Positions 11,561-23,005 of a DNA stretch of 41,913 nt are shown here, one piece after another. Numbering within the stretch: the stretch's first letter is position 1; each line of letters starts with the position of its first letter. The DNA comes from Octopus bimaculoides (taxonomy: Eukaryota), in contig NC_068988.1 of the NCBI RefSeq assembly GCF_001194135.2, positions 32,274,894 through 32,316,806 on the forward strand, read 5' to 3'. The notes beneath the pieces were generated by a model that saw only the letters and a list, made by a program, of their open reading frames with translations, was not told the origin of the DNA and did no database searches. The position numbers and the translations under genes were made by a program.

Positions 11561-11606
11561 GACACCTGATGAAGGCTGGACGGTATATCAACCGAAACGT
11601 CATGTT
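11561..11606 (+). ncRNA. Putative minimal type I hammerhead ribozyme with canonical CUGAUGA core and slightly degenerate stems
   Basis: Reads gacac-CTGATGA-a-GGCTG(gacggtatat)CAACC-GAAACGTC-atgtt. Stems I and II each carry one mismatch, and helix III is the ACGU palindrome. Confidence 0.6.
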
Positions 11607-12466
11607 AACAAGAAACTAGATGAGGACAAATAACCGTCAAATGTAAATAATGTACATAATTCCTCATCTCTTAAATATAGAACAGTACATAGTTTATTAT
11701 TCAAATAAATTACTGAGTATATTTTTTACTCCCTAAAATATTGAAGTAACATTCCCTTACCTATAAATCTCCTCCATATTTGCTTTCCAGTTACTACTTT
11801 TCCTCGCTAATATCTACTATTGTATATCCCATTGCCGTTTTAGTTACTTTTGTATTTATATTTTAAAACCGGCGCACGTATTAAACAGTTTCAATGTATT
11901 TCACTAACCTATCGGCAATAATTCATAGATATAAATATAGAAAGTGAATTATCGTATATTTCATTTTCTGTTTCTTTTTCACTTTCGTTATTTTTTAATC
12001 TAAATATCATACCCGATACACATATTAAATATTAAATATGTTTATAGAATATAATCTTTAAATGCGAATGTCTACATGTTCTCTCCCTACTTGCACACTC
12101 CTTACAATTATTAATATCACTTATATTTTGGCTTAATATCTACCATTTATAAATTACTAAACTTGAAACTCCATTAACTAGATACTTATTAGAGCTTGAA
12201 TTTATATCTATAACTTTAATCATTAAACATTATTTACTTAATCATATATAAATAACATTGCTAAAGTGCTTTCTATATCCGTTATTTTTATTACTTTACC
12301 ACACTGAAGCAAACAATCATATAATTCGTAACCATTCTTTTCCAATAGTATCTCTTAATTTACTTTATTTATATACTAAAAAATATTATTAAAAATATAT
12401 TAAAAGCACTTTAGCATACAGCATATATATCATTATAAGTGGTGGAAATATGCCCACACCTGTATG

Positions 12467-12513
<47 letters not shown>

Positions 12514-12894
12514 NNNNNNNNNNNNNNNNNNNNNNNNNNNNNNNNNNNNNNNNNNNNNNNNNNNNNNNNNNNNNNNNNNNNNNNNNNNNNNNNNNNNNNN
12601 NNNNNNNNNNNNNNNNNNNNNNNNNNNNNNNNNNNNNNNNNNNNNNNNNNNNNNNNNNNNNNNNNNNNNNNNNNNNNNNNNNNNNNNNNNNNNNNNNNNN
12701 NNNNNNNNNNNNNNNNNNNNNNNNNNNNNNNNNNNNNNNNNNNNNNNNNNNNNNNNNNNNNNNNNNNNNNNNNNNNNNNNNNNNNNNNNNNNNNNNNNNN
12801 NNNNNNNNNNNNNNNNNNNNNNNNNNNNNNNNNNNNNNNNNNNNNNNNNNNNNNNNNNNNNNNNNNNNNNNNNNNNNNNNNNNNNNNNNNNNNN
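12514..12894. other. Assembly gap (N run). Other gaps: 1602-1629, 4467-4489, 6499-6527, 9352-9486, 24525-24534, 26096-26382, 31804-32583, 39195-39643, 40057-40365
   Basis: N characters, mostly adjacent to (AT)n or (CA)n. Confidence 1.
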
Positions 12895-13399
12895 TATGTG
12901 TATATATGCATATATTTATGTGTATACGTGTGCTCAATAAAACACGTATGAGTAACTATGAATTCGATGTTGATGTCTCAACGTCCGATTGCATTCATCT
13001 AAAATATGCATTTAAATACGCATTTACATATTCTAATGGATAACGGTTTATAAGTTTTACTAGATACGCATTGTAACAGTTAATTTTTAAACTTTCATCT
13101 ATCCTCGATTCTGATCATGTCAAATATTGCTACTCCTCTATATCTTTCCTCAACTGTATCTATCACCAAACCAATAAGAACAATTCATGTGACCTATTTT
13201 TTATTTTATGTTTTCCTTTTATTTATTTAGTTTTTATTTCATTTTCTCCTTTTAACTTCGTTTTATTTTTTATCCCTTATGCGTATTTTATATATTTGTT
13301 TTCTAATATATGGTATATTCATGAATATATAAAATCCGTCACTGAGATACACCAACGATATATAGTTTTTAACTTCTTTAACCCACTAATAATCTGTAT

Positions 13400-14230
13400 G
13401 CATCCTACAAAACAAAAATGATTACCTAATTTCATGAGCTCCGAATTTTGAATAAAGAACAAAAGAGACCAAATGTTATATTTAATTGAAATTTAAACAT
13501 CAATCTACTTTCCCTGATTATCTATGACTTACTTTCATCTCTTTAGAAGATTTTTAATCCCACCAATATAAAATTATTTTGGTTTCAAAGCGAAGAACTC
13601 TGAAATGTCTGCGAAAGTTATGTCCCCCAAATGATTCTGTAAACTACGAAACAAATGGTAGTCTGAAGGAGCAAGGTCGGAAGAATAAGTTGGATGAGGA
13701 ATTTGTTCACAACCAAGCTCTTCGATCTTCTGTGACGTGATCTTTGCAGTGTGGGGTCGCGCATTGTCATGATGAAACATCACTCCTTTTCAATTCACTA
13801 AATCGGGCTTTTTTTTTCTTCAAAGCTTGGTTCAAACTTTATATTTACTGACAGTAGAATTGAGCATTGATTGTTACATTAGGTGGTAACAATTCAAAGT
13901 GAATTATTCCTATCCAATCCCACCAGATAGAAAGAAAAACCTTTTCCCTATGAAGTTCCATTCTCGGTTATGTTTGAGCCCTTTCCATTTTATCAAGACA
14001 CTGTTTACGTCGTTTAACATTTCGATAGAATATCCATTTGGCGTCATCAGTCACAAGTCTATCCAAAAAGGAAGAAATGAGTTTGCGAGAATGGAGAGAA
14101 GAGCAGATGTCAACTCGCGATTTGCAGCTACTTTCGACAATTCATGAGGCACTTATTTTCCAAGTTTAGGAACATTTCCAAGTTGTTGAAGATAACGATG
14201 AGCAGTTGTATGGTTTGAACTGAGTTTTAC
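13400..14230 (-). mobile_element. Decayed mariner transposon; transposase pseudogene
   Basis: The minus strand gives 'GK*VPHELS', 'FLDRLVTDDAKWIFYRN', 'KVFLSIWWDWIGIIHFELLPPNVTINAQFYCQ' and 'FHHDNARPHTAKITSQKIEELGCEQIPHPTYSSDLAPSDYHLFRSLQNHL'. These are mariner DD34D motifs. Boundaries are approximate. Confidence 0.93.
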
Positions 14231-14498
14231 TGCCAATTTTTCAACTGATAACGCAGGGAATAAGAAAGGTTTGGACTGCTACAACTCGTATATAGAAAAG
14301 TAAGGAGACTATCTCGAAATATGATGCAAATCCTCCATTTAGGCGTGGCTGTGTGATAAAAAGCCTGCTTCCTAACTACATGGTGGTGGTCGCACGGCGA
14401 AGCACCTAAGGCAAGTGTCTTTTTCTGAAACCTCAGGCCAAAAAACAGCCGAAAGAAGCCCGTCTGGTACGCACATCCATCCATATATATATATATAT

Positions 14499-14728
14499 AC
14501 CGGAGTAAGCACATGAAACGTGCAAGAAGGTGGAAAAAAGAGTACTCAAATACCAGAGGTAGAGTAATATGCTTTATTTAAAGGCAGCAGAAATATAACA
14601 AAAAAAAACCGTTACTCTGAGTTTCACGTTCCCGTTCATCGGAGAGTTTTGATGAACTGTCCGATGAACGGGAACGTGAAATTCAGAGTAACGGTTTTTT
14701 TGTTATATTTCTGCTGCTTTTAAACAAA

Positions 14729-14729
<1 letters not shown>
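14499..14729. mobile_element. Penelope-pLTR-like repeat forming a ~70-bp-arm inverted repeat, inserted in (TA)n
   Basis: The arms are 14572-14643 and 14660-14729, differing by 3 substitutions and a 2-nt A/T-run indel. The left portion extends to 14499 and is homologous to 15090-15175. Confidence 0.8.
14607..14696. ncRNA. Two head-to-head hammerhead-like folds, one per strand, with core CCGAUGA
   Basis: Plus strand 14655-14696: aactgt-CCGATGA-acg(ggaa)cgt-GAA-attc(a)gagt-A-acggtt. Minus strand 14648-14607: aactct-CCGATGA-acg(ggaa)cgt-GAA-actc(a)gagt-A-acggtt. Confidence 0.5.
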
Positions 14730-14769
<40 letters not shown>

Positions 14770-15021
14770 TTTTTGTGTGTGTTTGTGTTTGTGTGTCCAT
14801 GGAAGTCCGTGTGTGTGTGTTTGTGTGTGCATGTTTCTGTCTCTGTTCTCCACCACCGCTTGACAACCAGTGTTGGTATGTTTACGTCCTTGGTTCGACA
14901 AAAGCGTGCGGTAGAATAAGTACTAGGCTTTAAAAGAAATAAGTACCGGGGCCGTTCATTCGATGACAAATTCTACAAAGTTGCACCCCAGCATGGCCGC
15001 AATCTAATGAGTGAGACAAGT

Positions 15022-15178
15022 AGAGTTTTGATCAAGAATTGTGACCACACTTGCCCGAAGAACTGGAACGTGAAACTCTGAGTAGCAGTTCTGTTATGTT
15101 TTCGTAGCTCTAATAAAAAAAAAAAGATAAATATCACTCTAGCTTTAGTATTCGAGTACTATTTTTTCCATATTATTT
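15022..15178 (+). mobile_element. Older diverged copy of the same HHR-bearing repeat
   Basis: Reads 'agagttttgat...ttgc-CCGAAGA-actggaacgt-GAA-actctgagt-A-gcag...tattcgagtactattttttcca', matching 14643-14700 and the reverse complement of 14530-14570. Confidence 0.7.
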
Positions 15179-16324
15179 TCCAATTATTACTTAATTGTGT
15201 GTGTGTTTGTATAACTTTGTGTATCTGCATGTACATATGAATGTATGGATGTATATCTACTTAGAATCAAGGAACATATGAGTGTGTGTGCACGCGTGTC
15301 TATTCGTGCGTGCGTACATATGTGTGCGCGCGTTTTTGTGTGCGTATGTGTGTATGTGTGTGTGTGAGAGAGAGACAGACAGACAGACAGACAGAGTATA
15401 TATCTTGACATGAACTTCATGGCGCAATTATAATTTTCTTTTCTGTATGCACGTTTGTACACATAGAGTGCAATCAAACTAAAACTTCCTGAATGATCTT
15501 CCTGTTCACTGGAACTTTAAGAGCTCGAACTGTTTTGCTCCCCATTACGCAGTAACAGAAGTTCATTTGAACTTACCTAACTGCTTAATGGGGTAATTTA
15601 TTGTGATTCTTTAGTTATTAGTGTTCTTAAGCCTTTCTGGAGTTAACTTTATTTTATTTCGATAACTTTATTTTATTTCTTATATGTTATATTTGCCTTA
15701 TATTCTTGTTTCGCTTTGTTTTATTTCTCCTCTGTCTTACGTTAAAGCTCTGAAATATTTTCTTAGGTAGTGTGTAGTACATCACACTTATATATCTTCT
15801 ACATTATGGGGCATATTCATGTTTTATCTTCAAACTATAGTAGTAATCCAAGTGCATCATTTTATGTTTCTGCATGTGAGATATGTGAAAAAAAAAACAA
15901 CATACAGACACAAACACATAAACGTACATATATACACAAACGCACGGAAGCAGTTATATGCACATAGATATGTATGTGTGTATGTATATATATGTGTGCA
16001 TGTGTGTGCGTATACACGCATATATGCATATATGTATGAATATTTATATATTGGAAAATGTGTGAAATTCTTGGTAGAGTTAGGTATTATGAAAAAGTAA
16101 AAGAATGACTTCACTGGTAGTTCTAATCAATTCAATTTTTTAATAACATAATTTATAGTGTGGTTTGTAGATCTATTGTTATTTGTTAACTTCGGTGCGC
16201 AGATTAAAAAAAAATCTTATAAAATTATATTAAAATATTAAATGAATGTACACACACAGAGATACACACACACACACACACACGCACGCACACACACACA
16301 CATACACACACGCAAACGCAAACA

Positions 16325-17990
16325 TATTCTTTAATTCTTTAATTTGCTTCAACCTTTAAGCTGCAGTGATTCTGAGGCATCACCTTGGCTGTACTACACC
16401 ATTATTTGAAACCACCTATGATATGTGACACTTGGTGAAAAGGGGTGTTTGAAACTGCTGCGTTCATCTGTGTTTCCTGCCGTGCGGTAGGCTCATTTGC
16501 GCCCCATGGCAGGAGGAGACCCAGTTTTGTTTTGAAGACGCTTACACCCACACAATGAATGATTTTCAGACATTTTGAAATGATATTGAAGAGATGTGAT
16601 CCCTTGAAACCCAAGCCGTTCCAGTATGTTTTCCTGTATTTTGATGTTGATTTTGAGAGCTTTGACATTATGCAAAGGAGCCCCGTTCTGCTGTTTGTGT
16701 AACTTTCAATGCTTAATTTCAGTACACAGTTTTCCATGATTTTCCAGATGGACATCATTATATCCTTCCCGCCTTTGTTCCAGGGATTAGAGTTTTAACT
16801 ATTTCAGCTTTCCCCAGTAGTTGTCATGTTGCATTGAAACAATATTTTTTGTGTAGCTTCGACGCATTGCTTCCAGTTCCGACGTTAATTTTATACTGTG
16901 TGGTGACAATAGTTGAGAGCAGTAGACCAAGCGGCTGAGGACGTATGCCTTCCAAAGTACCATCATGGATTCCTTTTTTTTTTCATTTTGAAAGTTCGTA
17001 GGATCTATCCAGCTAACCATGTCCATCTTATTACCAAATTAGAAATATGCGCCTGGAAAGATGCATTATTACTCATGTCAATAACCAGGTCAGACGCTGA
17101 TTTTGATTCAGGGATTGCGTTTCCACCCGAGCCAGTGTATCCTGTCTGCATTCCGTTCTGGAATTTTCCAGCATTAGGCTGTATTTTGTTGTTTTCACCT
17201 TACCTGGAATTTGCGAACAACTTATGTTGCAGGTGCGCATTATTTACAGTAATTTGTATTGTCTGACAGACTCTTGTCTCATCGGCGTGGCTGGCGAGAG
17301 TGGCCATCTGAACAGCTGAGGCATATCTGGGAGGGCCAATATAAATAGCAGTGGCCTTAATACAGTGTCCTGTGGAATAACACTTCTTTGAGATGGCTGT
17401 ATATGCTACCACTACCTCATGTCTATCGTCTAGGAAGTCGTGTATCCATTCTCCATTCGTTTCGACTATGCCGGGATCACGCAGTTTGTAATGTATCATA
17501 CCATGGTCGATTTTATCAGAGAGTTGTGCAAAGTCGAAATACACCACTCCACACTTGAGTCGTTTAGCATCTGTTTTAACACCCAGTCGTAATGTTGTAA
17601 CGGCTGTTTCAGTGCAACTTCTTCATGGTCGAAATCTATGCTGGGTGTCAGTCAGCAAATCATTTTCAAGGAAGACGATTCGTTTCATCCGGTCTATTCG
17701 TTCCATGACTTTGCTGATGCGTGACGTCAGAGAGATAAGCCAATAACTTTTAGCACCTTCTCTGCTTTCTGCTTTGGGTATAGGGCATATTATTTCTTCC
17801 TTCAGTTTGTCTGGGAGTTTACCACTTGCAGGAAAGCTGTGGAAAAGGCGCTGAAGTGGTTTTGTAAAAGCTCGTTTGAATGATATGAAAAGGATTTCTG
17901 GGAATACATCAAGTCCAGCAGCTGAGTTTGTGTCAACCTCCTCTATGGCCAATGTTACTTTTTCTTTAATGCTGATGTAATCAGCTAACC
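16325..17990 (-). mobile_element. 5'-truncated, decayed CR1/L2-group LINE: RT domain, C-terminus and short-repeat tail
   Basis: The minus strand gives 'SYWLISLTSRISKVMERI', 'TQHRFRP', 'VYFDFAQLSDKIDHG', 'IPQDTVLRPLLF' (PQG..LGPLLF) and 'SHADETRV' (YADD). The C-terminus reads 'GFKGSHLFNI..KCL...HCVGVSVFKTKL'. The 3' tail is 'aattaaagaattaaagaat'. Confidence 0.9.
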
Positions 17991-17999
17991 CACACCGCA

Positions 18000-18505
18000 T
18001 CCTTACTTTCCTCACTTTACTATCCCCCCACCCCCCAACACCGTCACACCACACCATACATCACTACAAATACACCACCATACCACAGAACACCACATCA
18101 CATTACATCATGCCACCACGCACACACTAGCACTGACCACTTCCCAGCCCCAAATCCACACCAACACATACACGCACGCACGCACACGTCAAGGCCACCA
18201 GCCTCTTCCACACGCACATACATACTCTTATACAGACGCACGCGCACCTTCCTTTTGGGATCACCACTACACTATTATATCCCCTTATTCCTAGCTCTCC
18301 TGTATGACCCCTCTGTCCGGCATTCGCCATGATAAATCACTAGCCACTAGACATTCTTTATTTTCTCTCTTGTTTTTTTCTGTGTTCATTTCTGTGGAAG
18401 AGCGTAACTTTAAAGACTTCTTCACTTCCCGAGTGTTAAACTAATACATTTGTTTGTTGTCTACACCACCTGACTTTGTCTTTTGTTTTTTCTTTTGTGA
18501 ATTCC

Positions 18506-18507
<2 letters not shown>
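18000..18507 (+). mobile_element. CA-rich repeat ending in a Penelope-pLTR-like segment of the 7460-7600 family, with a deleted HHR core, abutting (TA)n
   Basis: 18370-18507 is homologous to the reverse complement of 7460-7600. 'tttctgtggaagagcgtaac|tttaaagact' lacks the 'gaaacg' segment. Confidence 0.65.
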
Positions 18508-18553
<46 letters not shown>

Positions 18554-19834
18554 CTACAATAACGGATGTTGTTTTAATCACAGTCACTTCACTTACATAG
18601 GCATTTCATCTAGTGAACGTATCAATGTTAAAATTTCTCTGTACTTTCCTTCCTAATGAAAGTAGGTTTGGTCAAATGATAGTAAACTATTTCCTAATAT
18701 ATTTTATTCTTTTATACTATTAGCGCTGAATGTCCTATAAGTGAAAAAGAAAAACATCGGAAGTCACAATGTCGTTTCTCCACATTTCGGTAAATTTCTG
18801 TGAAATGTAGTGCCTCCATAGGAAACGAAGAAATCGATGTTATAAATCTATTAATTTTACTATCTATGAATAAATAGTTTATGTAATATATTATATCTTA
18901 ACGGTCACACCATTGTGGAATGATGTACGCTGCGTTTTTAAACCGCAATATAACGTTTGATTTATGCTTTCTTTTGATTCTTTGAAATATAGTTTCTTAT
19001 GCATTATTGCATTGTCAAAGAACCATTAGGAAACCAGCAGGGTAAAATGATTTAGGCATTAACGGGGTGGTTTCACACAAAAGGCTAACTGAAATACATA
19101 ATTGGTTTCTGAATTCTAAAATGTTTTATTACTGTAGTGTTTCCTACACTGGTGTATTGTTATTCTAAAAGATATTTATGAATTTTACATATGCTATTCA
19201 CAATATTTTATTTGACATAATGCAAACAATAACAATGAATCTCATATTCAGTATACAGAAATATTTATGAGTTTTATTTCTGTTCATTCTCTAATAAAAT
19301 ATTATGGGATGTTAATGAATGATAGAAAAGTACAATTGGCTTCGGTTAAAAGGTGTAAAATTGGGTTAAGACCTTCAAATATTTCACAAGGTGAAATATG
19401 ATAGAAATGAAGTCAAATTCAGAATAGAAACAGGTTTGAATATCTTGATTATCTGTGAATATCGCCTACTGATTCAATAGGCATATTTCCAAATGTTTGT
19501 TATGCAGGTGCATGTGATTACAATCTTCTTAGACGATAGGCTTACTATTTGTCTATGCATTCTGTAATATGTTCACTGTTAGAAAAATACGGGAAAAATA
19601 TCAGTTCCAGATAGAAATATTTCTGCTATACTACGAATTCGGGGAAGTGAACAGTACTTCGTTTAAGAGGAGAAACACTGAAGATAGTGTGCGAAATATT
19701 CTCAAGAGCATTCTTCAAATCTTACGTGATGTCATTATGGTGGAAGTACAGTACGGTATATTAACTGATTACAATGTTATATGCCAACTAGAATCCTGCC
19801 CATATTATTGTGGAAAAAAGAAAGCTTAACATTC

Positions 19835-19958
19835 TGCCCACAACTACGTTCTCAGTTCAAATTCTGCTGAGGTCGAGTTTGCCATTCATCACTTTGAGGT
19901 TGATGAAATAGGTTCCATTTGCTCACTGGGGTCAATTTAATCAACTTGTCCTCTATTT
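19835..19958 (+). mobile_element. SINE family A, diverged copy
   Basis: Contains 'tacgttctcagttcaaattctgctgaggtcgagtttgccattcatcactttgaggttgatgaaatagg...ctggggtcaatttaatcaact'. Confidence 0.8.
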
Positions 19959-22794
19959 ATAGTAGAAAAGATTATGTGTTATCACTAATTAAATGATGAT
20001 AACAGTTTCCATTTGGAGCTCAACATCTAATCAGGGAATATTATAGTCTTGAAGTGTAATTCAGTACTGACATTGTCATAAATTACTGATATTCAAAAAA
20101 TTAATTTTACCATTTGAAACTTGTTACGAATTCTTTGACTTGTCCTACTGACGGTGTTATGCGAAGTGTTATGCGATTGTATTCTCAGTTTGTCTATTGA
20201 TTAAACATCGGAAGGAAAGTAAATATTCGTGCATAATGTGCTTGCTTCCGTTGGTGGAAACAGGACACCTGTTGTATGATTATTCTTGGCTGCGTGATAT
20301 TAACGCCGATTTAGAAGTTGCATGTAAGAGGCGTATATTTATTAGGTTATCGTCGGTGGTGGTGGTTTTGTTTTATATGCCTACAAACAGGCCTCTGCTA
20401 TTGCGCCCTACAACTTGTCGAGTATTATATATGGATACATAGATATTATAAATACTGTAAAGTACCAATTGTAGTTCGGTCTGCATTAATTTATTGAAGC
20501 GTGAAGGGAGATTTGCGAATTTTGTAGTTGAATAAAATGTTTTCAAAATGCCAGTTATTAAATTACGCTCGATTTTATTCGACATACTTTTTGTAGGAAG
20601 CGTATGATGATGGTATACCGAATGGTCCTATATCTGTCTATTTATCTATCCATTTGTTTGTCTGTCTGTCTGTCTGTCTCTCTCTTTATATATATATATA
20701 TATATATATAATACAAGTAATGTGTGAGTATATGCATATATACGTACATGTATGTACATACCTACATCTACATGTATATATAGATGCATATCTGGGTACA
20801 GTACGTTGCAAAAGAAACGTGGACAACATGATAAACAGAGCACAGAAAACACACAGGCCACATAGAGAACATTTCCTTCATCAGCTGCTACCGTTCTAAA
20901 ACTAAGCGTTTCGAAGATTTAGGACAGGACGCATATATATACGAGAATGAATAGAGAAAGTAGTGGCAAATCAAGATTATGCCTAGTTATCTTTTCCTGA
21001 AATATCGATTTAAGCTTTTAATAATTTATATAGTCTGCTGCCACATATCATAGCCTATAAATCCGTTACTCTAAATTAACGTTCTGTTAGTTAAGAATAT
21101 AAACATATATATACTTTTATTTGTCCTAATTCTACTAGCAAATTTATATATGTGTATACTTTTCTCTGTATCACGCGCAGGGCCAATTATGCATTCATTG
21201 ATCCACAGGAACTACTAAATGTTTCAATAAAACGTCTTTCAGATGATATTCAAAATGTTTACGCTGAAGAGATGGACATTGATTAGAGAAATCCAGAATC
21301 ATATTACTCCAAATAAGGCTAGTCTACGAGAAAATAACATGCAACCTAGTAATAATGTCAGTCATATATTACCTAAAGTGAATTGAAAATATGAAACACA
21401 TCAGCCTACTGATGAATAATGAAGAATATACAGACTTTTTTTATTTGGCTGTGTGAGATACTTGCTAATATACATATTTCTTTGTACATGGTCTTCCTAG
21501 CAACAAAATGAGATAGATATTTCCTACAACATGGCTACAGTATCTGTATTACTTTTACATAATATTTTTCACGCCAAAGTAATATTTTGATTATGTTGTC
21601 GAAAAGAAACCAGTTGGGATTTGCTACAAATATCATTTATGTACTGTGTATTAAATATTAGGTTATGTTGACATTATAGCAATTATCATGCAAGCGAAAT
21701 CACGCCAGTAACATAGACAATAGAAATGGAAGCTTGCACTACAGTTCCATCGCGATATCGCACATGAACATGAAGCATCGATAATTGCTGTGTGAAGATT
21801 AATTGAGAAGAAACCTTTAAAGGGAGAAGACAAAATCAATTACAATTAGCAATAAACCCAATTTCATACTACATTCCATTCTATATACAGAAAAAGAAAA
21901 AATGTATTTCTTCAATATACAATGAAACTAATTCAACTAATTGAATTCTACCCCAATAGATACACTGAAATATACACACACACACGTGGGGGAAAAGCAG
22001 ACACACGCTTATATGTATATATACATACATGCAGATACATATATTCAAGCACACACACTGTCATATAGTTGAATGTATAGATATGAGTGTGTGTTTTTGT
22101 GTATGTGTGTGTATACGTGTGTCTGTGTGTATGTACGAACTTGAAAGAATCCGAAAAAGTGGTTTGAATTAATCCTATTATGATCAGGAAGATAAATGAA
22201 ATATTCTCCCAATAATTCTATAATGACAAAGCTAAAATAATTTTAAAAAAACAAAGCTGCAATGTCTAAATTCTCTGAAAAGAACAAAAGAGTAAATGAA
22301 CAGTAAATGCTGAGATGACAGCACTGGAATATACCGTCTTAAGTTTCACGTGGCGCAGAAAATGTTTGAAGAAACAAAAAAAAATTACATATAAAACTGA
22401 AGAAAATTATACATAAGATGAAATATATAGGTAATTAGATTTATGGAAAAAAAGAAATAATTCCATGTGAATACAAGGAGGGTAAATTGAATAAAAATTA
22501 CCACCATGTTTCGTTGCAGCTACAACGGAAGCAGATGCTGAATCTCAGTGAAAAAATATAGGGATTCTTTTTCTTGTTCATTTATTGAAAACGCATTTTT
22601 TTTTTTTGTTATTCTTTGATAACTTCTCTTCTTCGTATAATGCCGTTGGTAGCGATATTAATGATGATCAAGAGGTGGATTAGTTAGAGAAGACAGAGAC
22701 TATGTCGGATGAATAATAACGTTATTAATGAAGCTTTCGATGAAGAGGGCATTGACAATACAGATAATGCTGCTGTTTCTGTTTCTAATGCTGA

Positions 22795-23005
22795 AGGTGA
22801 TGATGATGATGATGATGGTGGTTGTGGTGATGATAATGATGATGAGGATGAAGATGATGATGATGGTTGTTGTGGTGGTGGTGGTGATGATGATGATGAC
22901 GACAACGGCTTTGGAGAACAATATAAAAGTGACGCCTCGGACGACGATATTGATCATGATAATAATGCGGATTATCAGATGATTATGACAATGATTATGA
23001 CGATG
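22795..23005. repeat. (GAT)/(GGT)/(GAC) compound microsatellite
   Basis: Directly visible. It generates the poly-D, poly-S and poly-M ORFs. Confidence 0.85.

Larger units (their letters stand above)
10590..11690 (+). mobile_element. Penelope-like element remnant: RT C-terminus, GIY-YIG endonuclease, and 3' pLTR-like region with HHR
   Basis: 10590: RYLNVNSHHLYSVKRGISQCLKHRGMNISS. 10891-11274: LRVKQPIEENMTKNCVSSISCSCGMLYKGKTWRPLKIRVDEH...K*GIADHVWKNGDHLPLWDE..IIDREHHRKIRNLREAAHM, a degenerate CVY.I.C.CG..YIGET.R.L..R..EH motif with one internal stop. Confidence 0.85.
14341..15022 (+). mobile_element. tRNA-derived SINE, family B (internal microsatellite), interrupted by an HHR palindrome
   Basis: The head at 14341-14464 reads 'ggcgtggctgtgtg...gcacctaaggcaagtgtct...gaaagaagcccgtc'. 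The tail at 14830-15022 reads 'ccaccaccgcttgacaacc...agaataagtactaggc...ccagcatggccgca'. The tail is homologous, in reverse, to 23429-23598. Confidence 0.75.

Noticed and set aside
20860-20925. CTGATGA and GAAAC motifs on the minus strand as a possible HHR
   Set aside because: GAAAC lies upstream of CTGATGA, there is no room for stem I, and stems II and III do not pair convincingly. At most it is a rearranged repeat end.
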